DNA of 64,000 bases, from assembly GCA_034530875.2 (NCBI GenBank), contig JAVRCJ020000003.1, forward strand, positions 320,001 to 384,000, in the 5' to 3' direction. Made by a program: the position numbers and the translations under genes. This DNA is from Nostoc sp. DedSLP01. Its GTDB lineage: Bacteria > Cyanobacteriota > Cyanobacteriia > Cyanobacteriales > Nostocaceae. Of this stretch, positions 39,509-48,651 are shown piece by piece (positions within the stretch are counted from its first letter, which is position 1; every line of letters begins with the position of its first letter). The notes below the pieces were generated by a model, which worked only from the letters and a program-made list of their open reading frames with translations, searched no databases and was not told the DNA's origin.

Positions 39509-42130
39509 ATGTCAGCAGTTATCGATCAAGTTGAATCGCGTATTGAAAATGCAGATAGAGAACTGAGTAATATTGTCCAAAACAAAGAAATGAATATTCA
39601 TTTAAAAAAAGACAGATTGCAATCTTTAAATTCAGAGATCGAATCAATCCAGTTATTAATTAATGAAGTTAGTACAGGAGAAAAAGGACAAGAATTAAAA
39701 GCAAGCAAAGCTGCTGAAATCCAAAAAGTTCGTGAATTACGCAACTATCTGGAAAGAATCTGGAAAAAAACACAATTATTAAATCCTCGCGAGCCTAAAG
39801 AATTTTGGCAGGCACTATCATGGTTTTTTAGTCTAGGAGGTAGAAATGAGTTATCTTTAATACAGAAAGCGAGGAATAATTTACCATATAATGAGCCTAA
39901 ATTTCAAGATTTTATTGAAAAAGTTCAAAAAAATATTGAAACAAAACTTTTTACTTCAGAAGTTTATCAGGTCTTTTGTTCTGAAGATCGGATTAAGCAA
40001 CTTTTTCCAGAAATAGCAGTAATTGAAGCTTATAGCGCTTTTGTAATTATTTCCGTAGATCCTAACGATGAAAAAATAATTGCACAGTTAAAAAATGTCT
40101 ACCCAGTGGAAAATTTTTCAAAAGACCTTGTGGAAGACTTAAGAGAATATATGCCTTACAAAAGAGAGCAAGTTGTTAAATTTAGATTTCCTATTCGCTA
40201 TGAATGGAAGCAGCGAATAGAAAATATAGGCGCAATCATTTTAGAATCGATAGGAAATTCAGAACTTATTGTTTCTGTACCAAATGAACAAATTTTGACT
40301 AAAATTCAAAATTTTAGAGAAGTTGCTAGCGTAACCCTTTATGAGCCAACTATTAGAGTGCAAGAGGAATATTTAAAAGATTTAGGGGTAGAAGTCACTG
40401 AAGAAATGTTGGCAGAGGCAAGACTAAAAATAGCTGAAAATGTTCAAAATACTAAAATTAACAACAATTTTATTCCAGGTATTTTAATTGCTCGTTTCTT
40501 TACTGAAGAAGACCGCGATCGCGCTCTAAAAACTTTAGAGGTTGAGAAAATTGATGTCGTTGACAAACCTGATATTAATGAATTAGTTATAGATTTAATC
40601 AGTCATAGTAATCCTATTAATGCTTATGAAATTCTCAAAAGTTTACCAGGTTTAATTTCGCTAGAAGAAGAAACCATCGAAACGATTGATAATCATGTTG
40701 CTGTTCTCCTACTTGCCAATGGTGTTTCTCCCATCGACTATATTCCTGAGTTGACCGGCAAGGGAGAAATTATTGCTATTGCAGATACAGGTTTAGATAC
40801 AGGACTAAAAGAAACACTACACCTTGATTTTCAAGGAAGGGTAAGAATAATTCAAAGTTATCCTATCAGAGCTGCATATTCTAACAGAGTTAATAATCCT
40901 AATGGTGATGATGGAGCATCGGATAAATATTCAGGACATGGAACTCATGTAGCAGGAAGTGCATTAGGAAGCGGAAGAATGGCACAAAACTACGGACTTC
41001 CTCCTATTCAGGGAATGGCGCCTGAAGCAGAATTGATCTTTCAAGCAGTTGAGCAAACTCCCAAACGGAAGATAGAAGAAATACACTCATACTTGAAACG
41101 TGAACTGATACCTCCCGCCTCTGATTTGCTAGGAATTCCTAGTAATATCAAAACATTATTTGAATTTGCTTTCACGAACGGCGCACGTATTCATTCTAAT
41201 TCTTGGGGAGGATCTGAATCTGGCTATTATAATAGCCGATGTCTTCAATTAGATGAATTTGTTTGGCAACACAAAGACTTTTTGATTGTGTTCGCTGCTG
41301 GGAATACAGGTAATCAACAGGGAAGAATTACACCACCAGGAACGGCGAAAAACTGTTTAACAGTAGGAGTATTTGATGATTTTAGCAGTCGAGGCCCTTG
41401 TCAAGATGGTCGTTTGAAGCCTGATGTTCTCGCGCCAGGCGCTTTTATTTTATCCACTCGTTCCTGTCAGATTACGCATTACTCAGAAGCTCCTTATCCA
41501 CCAGCTAAAAGCGATTATATGTATATGAGTGGGACTTCTATGGCAACTCCTTTAATTGCTGGCAGCGCGGCATTAGTTCGTCAATATCTTCGTACAAAGA
41601 AGAACATTAGTAATCCGAGTGCAGCTTTACTCAAAGCAGCATTAATTCATTCAGCGGAGTATTTTCAACACTCTTATGCTCATAACTCTTCTAAAAAATG
41701 GGCACATAACGAGCAAGGATGGGGCAGAATAAACCTTAGTCGGATTATTAATCCACCTTATCACGTCGAATTTTTCGATCGCACCCAAGGTTTCTTGGAG
41801 TCTGGCGAGAAGGAGCATCAATACGAATTCGAGATTGTCGACAACTCGATTCCTTTGCGAGTAACTTTAGTTTACACCGACTATCCAGGTAAACAACCAC
41901 TAGGCCAACTTGTTAATAATCTCAACCTAGTAGTTTATAATCCTCAAGGCAAATATTATCTTGGCAATGATTTCGACGAGCTAGGCATGGTAGATAATAT
42001 TAATAATGTCGAAGGTTGCATTATCGATCCGCCCATAACAGGAAGATGGAAAATCAAAATTGTTGGAAAAACGATAATGCAACCCCCACAAGACTATGCC
42101 TTGGTGATTTCTGGTGCGATCGCACATTGA
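39509..42130 (+). CDS. S8 subtilase (Kp43-like) with long N-terminal extension
   Basis: IADTG, HGTHVAG, FAAGN, GTSMATP; C-terminal beta domain; GGAG precedes ATG 39509; no signal peptide evident. Confidence 0.92.
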   Translation: MSAVIDQVESRIENADRELSNIVQNKEMNIHLKKDRLQSLNSEIESIQLLINEVSTGEKGQELKASKAAEIQKVRELRNYLERIWKKTQLLNPREPKEFWQALSWFFSLGGRNELSLIQKARNNLPYNEPKFQDFIEKVQKNIETKLFTSEVYQVFCSEDRIKQLFPEIAVIEAYSAFVIISVDPNDEKIIAQLKNVYPVENFSKDLVEDLREYMPYKREQVVKFRFPIRYEWKQRIENIGAIILESIGNSELIVSVPNEQILTKIQNFREVASVTLYEPTIRVQEEYLKDLGVEVTEEMLAEARLKIAENVQNTKINNNFIPGILIARFFTEEDRDRALKTLEVEKIDVVDKPDINELVIDLISHSNPINAYEILKSLPGLISLEEETIETIDNHVAVLLLANGVSPIDYIPELTGKGEIIAIADTGLDTGLKETLHLDFQGRVRIIQSYPIRAAYSNRVNNPNGDDGASDKYSGHGTHVAGSALGSGRMAQNYGLPPIQGMAPEAELIFQAVEQTPKRKIEEIHSYLKRELIPPASDLLGIPSNIKTLFEFAFTNGARIHSNSWGGSESGYYNSRCLQLDEFVWQHKDFLIVFAAGNTGNQQGRITPPGTAKNCLTVGVFDDFSSRGPCQDGRLKPDVLAPGAFILSTRSCQITHYSEAPYPPAKSDYMYMSGTSMATPLIAGSAALVRQYLRTKKNISNPSAALLKAALIHSAEYFQHSYAHNSSKKWAHNEQGWGRINLSRIINPPYHVEFFDRTQGFLESGEKEHQYEFEIVDNSIPLRVTLVYTDYPGKQPLGQLVNNLNLVVYNPQGKYYLGNDFDELGMVDNINNVEGCIIDPPITGRWKIKIVGKTIMQPPQDYALVISGAIAH

Positions 42131-42329
42131 TTGGAAGCAAGTGCCATGAGAAAAGCCACTGTCTTAAAAGTCATCTCACCACACCAAAAATCTTTTTTGG
42201 CAAAGTCCCGGCAATCTAAAGCTTTTGGAAGTCCCTTAGTGTAAGTTAATATTTAATCGCTATAAAAACCCTTATCCTAAGATATATAGATTTAGGTGAT
42301 TGAAAATATTTTTAGGAGGAAACCGCACC

Positions 42330-42806
42330 ATGAACCTCTACCATAAACTTGCTCTTTTAACAGATGATGAGGCAAGAATTTGCCTTAATGGTGTTTTGAA
42401 AGGCTTGCTTGCGCTTCAACCTCAATATGAAGCTTTGTTTGCATCTGAAAATCAAATGCAAGCAGCGATCGAGCAGGTTATTTCAGAACTTGGTCAGGCT
42501 CCAAGTTCTGCTATTGATACTATTAAAAAGCAAAATACATCAAAAGCTATTCGGCTGATTCTAATTGAAATTGCTGAAAATCCAGAGATAAGCCCCAGGT
42601 TAGAGGCGTGGTTTTCAAGTGCAAGACCAAAGTTGCTAGAACCTGTAACCACTGCTTTAGTTCTCGCTGGCATTATTTTAATTCTTTCAACGGATATCAC
42701 TATTGAGTACAAAAATCAGGATGGGAAAAAGAACTTCAGAGTAAAGGTAGAGAAGAAAGCAACACCTAGCAAATTTTTGGAGAAATTTTTTAGTCTTTTT
42801 TCGTGA
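42330..42806 (+). CDS. Small hypothetical protein with one hydrophobic helix and C-terminal beta-hairpin
   Basis: AGGAGG RBS before ATG 42330; EPVTTALVLAGIILILS then ITIEYK..DG..FRVKVEK. Confidence 0.75.
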   Translation: MNLYHKLALLTDDEARICLNGVLKGLLALQPQYEALFASENQMQAAIEQVISELGQAPSSAIDTIKKQNTSKAIRLILIEIAENPEISPRLEAWFSSARPKLLEPVTTALVLAGIILILSTDITIEYKNQDGKKNFRVKVEKKATPSKFLEKFFSLFS

Positions 42807-42933
42807 GCCTACTTTTAATAGATACTAAACAATAGCTTCAATATATATTAAATATCGGTAATCTTAGGAAATAAAAATTGCCATACGAATAGCAATTACC
42901 TAATTCAATACCTTAAGTATAAATAGGGTTTAT

Positions 42934-44868
42934 ATGATATATGAACGACCCAGTTTTCAACTTTTTATTTTGGGACAACTGTTAAACCATACGCAACCCG
43001 AAACCTTAACAGTGCTTGCCGAATTCAAAAACAGTAGAGCAGTAGAGCGAGTGCAACTGATTCAAAGAGAAGTTGAGGAACTAACTCAAAATATTGCCAA
43101 TATTAGGGGTTTTATTGAAGCTGGATTTCCTGTTATTGATGAATTTGCTCTTGAACAATTTGGTGGTAGACTGTTCGATCTGATTATAAAAAACAATGTA
43201 AGAAGGTTATTTGATAGAGCAACAGGTTCAACTCAAGAATTGCTGCCTTTGCAGATTTTTGTAGAGGATTACACGATTGCAGGATGGCCTTGGGAATACT
43301 TATATGACTCCAACTCCAGTGTATTTATGTGCCAAGAGTTTCATCCTATTTCGCGTGGCATTTTTACTCTTTTTCCAGCAGGAAACCAGATTATCCAAAA
43401 CAATATAGTTCGGATTTTATTACTTATCGGAGTTTTAGATGACGATCCAAATACAACTCCAACAGATGAAATTAAATGGATTCAAGAGGTATTTAAAACA
43501 CAGCTTCAAACAAGAAAAATTGAATTGAAAATAATGCAGGCAGTTAATCCAAAAGCTTTAGAGGAGGAGCTTCAGAAACATCACTATGATATTTTGCATT
43601 TTTTCGGTCATGCAGGGTTAGATGCTGGACGAAAAGAAGGATATCTCAGATTTGACCAGCCTCAGGGTCAACCGTTCCATTTTCCTGCAAACACTTTTGC
43701 TCAGTTGCTAGCACAGCAGAAGATTCGATTGGTATTTCTTAATGCTTGCGAAACTGCCAAAGCATCTCAGAATGAAAATCCTGCCAGAAGTTCTGTTGCT
43801 GCTGCTTTACTGGGACGAGGTATTCCTGCTGTTATTTCAACTCAGTTTTCTATACCTGATACCAGCGCTCATTTCCTTTCATCTGTCATTTATAGTGCAT
43901 TAGTAAATGGAAAAACTCTTGGAGAAGCTTTACGTGATGGTCGCCGAGCAATGTCCTATGACGCAAACTCTAAGTTCTTTGACTGGGGTATTCCAGTACT
44001 TTATTGCTCCGACCCAAATCTGAAAATTTTCCCCAATTTTCAAACTCAACCTGAACCCGACAGAGCAGTTACTTTATTTGATAATGCTAATGCTTCAAAA
44101 AACTTTATTGACGATCGAGAAGAGTTCCCGGAATCAATAATGAGCATTGAACGTTTTAAAGATTTAAATGCACTCTTGCCAGAGAAAAGAATTAGCTTAA
44201 ACCAAAAGGTTCCAAGAATAAGGATTGCAATTGTGGACATTGATGCTAAAGTCGGCTTCTTGCCAGAGTTGCTTGAATTTGCTAATCAAGCACAAAAATA
44301 CTATTGGTTTAAGGTCGCTTATTTACCGATTCCATCAAATGCAGTCAGAAATAACATCAAGGGTGAATCAGTTACTCCCCAGTTATATTTACCTCTATTA
44401 GAGAAATCGCTGAATAATGCACCTCAGGGGCTAAACGCAGACCTGGTTTGCTGTTTAACTAAAAATTTAGTTGCTGGAGAAGTCAATGGAAAGCCTTATT
44501 ATAACTACTTTGCCTCTGCTTTAAATAGCAACCCAAAAATTTCAGTAGTTTCAACTTTTGGAGTGCGAGGATATGCACGACAGGCAAATGTTGATTTTGC
44601 GAAAGCAGTGCTTGATATTTGCCTCTCAATTCTGCTTGTCACTGAAAGACGTTGGTCATTAGAATATCATGAGGAAACCTGTGGATGTTTGTTTGACCTG
44701 TGCCGTAATCGAGATGACATTGTTGTGGCATTGAAGCATAAAAAGTTCGATCATAAAACCTGTCGAAACAGGATTAGAGATCCAGAGCAACTTGATGCGA
44801 TAGATGCTCTGATTGATTTGGAAGTAGATCTAGAGAGGGAATCAACTTCTGCCTTAGAAATGGAGTAA
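42934..44868 (+). CDS. CHAT (caspase-like) protease with Cys/His-rich C-terminal domain
   Basis: WPWEYL, ILHFFGHAG (His), VFLNACET (Cys), IPAVISTQF, DWGIPVLY. Confidence 0.9.
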   Translation: MIYERPSFQLFILGQLLNHTQPETLTVLAEFKNSRAVERVQLIQREVEELTQNIANIRGFIEAGFPVIDEFALEQFGGRLFDLIIKNNVRRLFDRATGSTQELLPLQIFVEDYTIAGWPWEYLYDSNSSVFMCQEFHPISRGIFTLFPAGNQIIQNNIVRILLLIGVLDDDPNTTPTDEIKWIQEVFKTQLQTRKIELKIMQAVNPKALEEELQKHHYDILHFFGHAGLDAGRKEGYLRFDQPQGQPFHFPANTFAQLLAQQKIRLVFLNACETAKASQNENPARSSVAAALLGRGIPAVISTQFSIPDTSAHFLSSVIYSALVNGKTLGEALRDGRRAMSYDANSKFFDWGIPVLYCSDPNLKIFPNFQTQPEPDRAVTLFDNANASKNFIDDREEFPESIMSIERFKDLNALLPEKRISLNQKVPRIRIAIVDIDAKVGFLPELLEFANQAQKYYWFKVAYLPIPSNAVRNNIKGESVTPQLYLPLLEKSLNNAPQGLNADLVCCLTKNLVAGEVNGKPYYNYFASALNSNPKISVVSTFGVRGYARQANVDFAKAVLDICLSILLVTERRWSLEYHEETCGCLFDLCRNRDDIVVALKHKKFDHKTCRNRIRDPEQLDAIDALIDLEVDLERESTSALEME

Positions 44869-45176
44869 AAACTAGCAAGATAAGCAAAAAAGGTTTGAAG
44901 TTTTTTAGCAATTGATATACCATGCCGTAACATTAAAAAGTAATTTTTGACAGTTGATAAATTATAAATTTTCAAACTGATAACATCTAAATTTTTAAGT
45001 CTATCCTAAATACTGGAGTTTAGACTAACCCATGAGAAAATGACTCAGCAGTACTGAGTTAACAAGCTAGACCACTAAAAATATAAAAACTAAAAGTTCA
45101 AGAAAGTTCCAAGGAATAAGTTACTCAACAAAAATCAAAAGCCTACATTTTAACAAAAATGATAATCTTTATTAGA

Positions 45177-45217
45177 GGGATAAGAGGTGGTTGCCGACGG
45201 CAACCACCTCTTATCCC
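45177..45217. terminator. Perfect 19-bp hairpin between convergent units
   Basis: GGGATAAGAGGTGGTTGCC-GAC-GGCAACCACCTCTTATCCC. Confidence 0.6.
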
Positions 45218-45292
45218 AATTTAAGATGAAGCTGCATACAAAAAAGCTTTTGATACTGAATTTAGCTAACCCTGCGTCCCCCTGTCTCCCTA

Positions 45293-45940
45293 TCACTGAT
45301 GAATCGCACCATCAGGCATGATTGCCCCAGCTAGATTAGCACCGATTAGTTTAACTAGAAGCCTCTCGCCAGAGCGAATCCGCGCGCCGGTTAAGTCAGC
45401 ACCGCGCAAATCGGCTCCGCTGAGATCCGCGCCAATTAGATTAGCAGCACGTAAATTTGCTTCCCTGAGATCGGCTAAAAGCAGATTTGCGCGAAATAAA
45501 TTAGCTTCAGATAAATTGGCTCCTCTGAGGTTAACTTTGTGCATAAAAGTATCGCTGAGATTAGCACCACTCAAGTTGGCATAACTGAGATTTCTGCCAG
45601 ATAAATCTTTATTGCTTAAATTTGCCCGACTATAGTCTTTACCACTCAAGTCTGGATTGTGTTTTGAGGGTGGGTGACTTATGTGAGATGGTGGTTCGTG
45701 GTGAGAGGGCTGTGACTTGTGCGTAGTGTGATGTTTGGTTTTTATAGAGCGCAATTTTTCACGAGCTTCATTAATCGCTTTGAGCTTGTCCTGTGCCTTC
45801 TGCTGTAAGCGAAGATTTTCCTTCGGAATGCGATCGGGATGCCAAACAAAAACCAGATCTTTATAAGCCTGGTTCACTTCCTCAAGCGTTGCACCAGGCT
45901 CTATTTCCAAAATCCTATAGTACCGCTCCAGATCGCTCAT
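45293..45940 (-). CDS. DnaJ J-domain plus pentapeptide-repeat protein
   Basis: YYRILEI...WHPD J-domain followed by A(N/D)LSG repeats. Confidence 0.92.
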   Translation of the reverse strand: MSDLERYYRILEIEPGATLEEVNQAYKDLVFVWHPDRIPKENLRLQQKAQDKLKAINEAREKLRSIKTKHHTTHKSQPSHHEPPSHISHPPSKHNPDLSGKDYSRANLSNKDLSGRNLSYANLSGANLSDTFMHKVNLRGANLSEANLFRANLLLADLREANLRAANLIGADLSGADLRGADLTGARIRSGERLLVKLIGANLAGAIMPDGAIHQ

Positions 45941-46113
45941 ACGTCATTTTGGTGGACAATCAACTTAATTATGAGTGATACAGCGGTCTATCGGCTGTAT
46001 CTTCTATATATTTAGGGAGTGGGGAGTAGGGAGTGGGGAATGGGGAGTTAGGAGTGAGGAGTTAGGAGTTAAGAGTTATTATTCTCCCGCTGCTCCCCCT
46101 GCTCTCCTGCCCC

Positions 46114-46608
46114 TCATCTTCCCATCTCCCCATTTCTCCATCGAGCGATCGCTCTTAAATATGCTGCAACTGGAATTTGATAAACTTCAATAAAAATCCA
46201 AACAATAATTGAAAAATGCGACAAAAAAGTTAATACTGTCCAAATATATGGCATCCACGTAAATGGTTCGTTGATGTTAGGAGGAAAATAATAAGCTACT
46301 ATGCCAATGAGAGTAGTAGGAAGAATTACAAAAGCAGCAGCGGCTAGTGCATAACCCCAACCTAATTCCACCCCTTCTAACTGCGCTTCTGTCCAACTAA
46401 ACCCATTCCAACGCCAAATTAAGGGCGGTTGTCTAGAAGGCATTTTGATTTGCTGTAGTTCCAAGTTGACTGTAAAAATCTCTTGGCAAAAATCACAAGC
46501 CATAGCTTCCATTAATGGCATGTGAGAAATCTTACCTATCCGACAGACTGGGCAGGGGTAAACTCCATGATAGTCAAAAGATTTGGCTAAGATTTTGGGA
46601 CTGGGCAT
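46114..46608 (-). CDS. Conserved hypothetical membrane protein with zinc-ribbon-like cysteines
   Basis: CPVC and CDFC pairs, two TM helices. Confidence 0.7.
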   Translation of the reverse strand: MPSPKILAKSFDYHGVYPCPVCRIGKISHMPLMEAMACDFCQEIFTVNLELQQIKMPSRQPPLIWRWNGFSWTEAQLEGVELGWGYALAAAAFVILPTTLIGIVAYYFPPNINEPFTWMPYIWTVLTFLSHFSIIVWIFIEVYQIPVAAYLRAIARWRNGEMGR

Positions 46609-47324
46609 AATGAAACTAGTGATTCTAAAAAGTTGATCTGGTGAATGAAAAGTGGGTAAGAATGATACATCGCAATCCTAAATAAAATACAAACAAATCT
46701 GTTTCCTGTTTTTTGTTCCCTCCCACCACAAGTAGTTTGCAAATCAAATAGGATTGGTATACGGCATTTCTCAATTCTTTGGAATCAGCTTTCGTAAGGT
46801 AAAACACGACTCAGGAGAATTAGATGTTTAGATTTTGGAATCCTGGCTCTTTGAATTTTTGAAACACTAAGCTGCCACTGTAAGTTTTCTCTAATTTCTG
46901 GGTATTTTCTGTATTTATTCATCTGAATTTTTAAATTTTCAACATTAATTTTTGATTATTTACATTGATAAGGTTATACAAATATAATAATTTTTTATTA
47001 AAAGAGCCTTTCTGCTTCTAGACAAATAAATAACAAGCACTTCACTACACAAAATTCTGACAAATTGAGGAAAACAAAGCTTATAATCTAAGCATTTTAA
47101 ATTTGGAGAGAAGTTTGAAACTCGTTTCAGGTAAAGCGCACCGATTTCTACTCCAGACGCACAAACGACGACTTGCCGTAGGCATTAAAACAGAGCGTAA
47201 TGAGTGAATTTTGCGTAATCCTTTACACAAAGCAAGCTACGCATAGCATTTCCTAGAGAAATGCTATAGTTTTGATTCCCCCAATTGTACTGAGTTTATC
47301 GCTTTTTTAGTTTTCTTGGGGGTC

Positions 47325-47353
47325 TTGACAGCACTAGCTCTTCTTGTTAATGT
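47325..47353 (+). promoter_or_regulatory. Sigma70-type promoter of the aroF leader
   Basis: TTGACA, 17 bp spacer, TAATGT with extended TG. Confidence 0.7.
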
Positions 47354-47410
47354 TACTATATGTATGTTTATCTAGTTTAAGTTAAATTTTTCAGCAACAG
47401 AGCTTCGCAA

Positions 47411-47467
47411 ATGTTAAACACAAACTCCTACTTTTATTTTTGGTACAGGGCGGTTCACCGGGAGTGA
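47411..47467 (+). CDS. Attenuator leader peptide 1 (MLNTNSYFYFWYRAVHRE)
   Basis: Six consecutive aromatic codons TAC TTT TAT TTT TGG TAC at 47429-47446; the 3' end of the ORF covers the antiterminator arm. Confidence 0.85.
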   Translation: MLNTNSYFYFWYRAVHRE

Positions 47468-47531
47468 ATAAAGTTTCCATACGGAAACTGCCCGGTGAAC
47501 CGCAGAGCGAACTCTGCGGTTTTGTTTTTTT
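47450..47531 (+). terminator. Attenuator 1: antiterminator 47450-47462/47491-47503 versus terminator 47498-47521 plus U-tract
   Basis: GCGGTTCACCGGG/CCCGGTGAACCGC 13-bp stem shares AACCGC with AACCGCAGAG-CGAA-CTCTGCGGTT followed by TTGTTTTTTT. Confidence 0.85.
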
Positions 47532-47546
47532 AAGGAGAATTTCATT

Positions 47547-47612
47547 GTGACGACTTATTTCGCTAGTTGGTTTTACGGCTTTTACTTTTGGCCCAGAGTC
47601 AGTTCCGGGTAA
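47547..47612 (+). CDS. Attenuator leader peptide 2 (MTTYFASWFYGFYFWPRVSSG)
   Basis: AAGGAG RBS at 47532-47537, GTG start, 9 of 21 codons aromatic. Confidence 0.85.
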   Translation: MTTYFASWFYGFYFWPRVSSG

Positions 47613-47673
47613 ATTGCGTTATGCCGATAAACCACAACGCGCCCGGAACTTCTCAAAGGTTCCGGGTTTTTTT
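47601..47673 (+). terminator. Attenuator 2: antiterminator 47601-47609/47642-47650 versus terminator 47642-47666 plus T7
   Basis: AGTTCCGGG pairs with CCCGGAACT; the same CCCGGAAC alternatively pairs with GTTCCGGG ahead of TTTTTTT. Confidence 0.85.
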
Positions 47674-47778
47674 ATTAGTCATTGGTCATTGGTCATTAGT
47701 CATTAGTGTTCCCCTGCCTCCTCTGCTCAATGCCCAATCCCCAATCCCCAATACTTAATTTTTAAGGAGAATTAAACC

Positions 47779-48651
47779 ATGATTAACGCTAAACTTGCTG
47801 CACAATCCCATCCCAACCATCAGACAATCGTTAAAGTTTCAGAAAAAGTTGCTTTCGGCGGTGAAGAACTGGTAATTATCGGCGGCCCCTGTACTGTTGA
47901 AAGCTGGGAACAAATGGAGACAGTGGCGCAGAAACTATCTACGACATCGGTACAAGCTTTGCGTGGCGGTGTGTACAAACCTCGCACATCTCCCTACGCG
48001 TTCCAGGGTATGGGTGAGTCAGGATTGGAAATTTTGGCGAAAGTGCGATCGCTTTACAATATGCCAGTCGTCACCGAGGTGATGTCAATTTCACAAATTG
48101 AAGCAGTAGCCACCCATGCTGATATGCTTCAAGTTGGTAGCCGCAATATGCAAAACTTCGATTTGCTCAAAGCTTTAGGACAAGCCGGTAAACCGATACT
48201 GCTAAAACGCGGTTTAGCAGCGACTATTGAAGAATTCGTGATGGCAGCAGAATATATTCTCAGTCACGGCAATCCTGATGTGGTGTTGTGCGAAAGGGGT
48301 ATTCGTAGCTTCGATGATTACACGCGCAACGTCCTAGATTTAGGCGCAGTAGCAGCACTCAAACAAATAACTCACCTGCCTGTGATTGTAGATCCCTCCC
48401 ATGCCGTAGGTAAACGGGAATTAGTAGCACCTGTAGCTAGAGCTGCGATCGCTTGCGGTGCAGATGGGTTAATAATTGAGTGTCACCCACAACCAGAAAA
48501 ATCTGTTTCTGATGCCCGTCAAGCACTTTCTTTAGAAGATATGGTGGATTTAGTTGATAGTCTAAAGCTGATTGCAACAGCCGTCGGGCGCAGTATATTA
48601 CAAACAAAAGGGGCAGGTTATAAACCTACCCCTTTTGTTTATGCTGCTTGA
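47779..48651 (+). CDS. aroF: DAHP synthase, type I-beta, lacking the N-terminal regulatory domain
   Basis: GGPCTVES, RGGVYKPRTSPYAFQG, QVGSRNMQNF, LKRG, CERGIR, DPSH; only 290 aa. Confidence 0.95.
   Translation: MINAKLAAQSHPNHQTIVKVSEKVAFGGEELVIIGGPCTVESWEQMETVAQKLSTTSVQALRGGVYKPRTSPYAFQGMGESGLEILAKVRSLYNMPVVTEVMSISQIEAVATHADMLQVGSRNMQNFDLLKALGQAGKPILLKRGLAATIEEFVMAAEYILSHGNPDVVLCERGIRSFDDYTRNVLDLGAVAALKQITHLPVIVDPSHAVGKRELVAPVARAAIACGADGLIIECHPQPEKSVSDARQALSLEDMVDLVDSLKLIATAVGRSILQTKGAGYKPTPFVYAA

Noticed and set aside
47567..47758. 63-aa ORF upstream of aroF in the ORF track
   Set aside because: No RBS, runs through terminator 2 and STRR repeats; the overlapping leader 47547-47612 has an RBS and a functional rationale.
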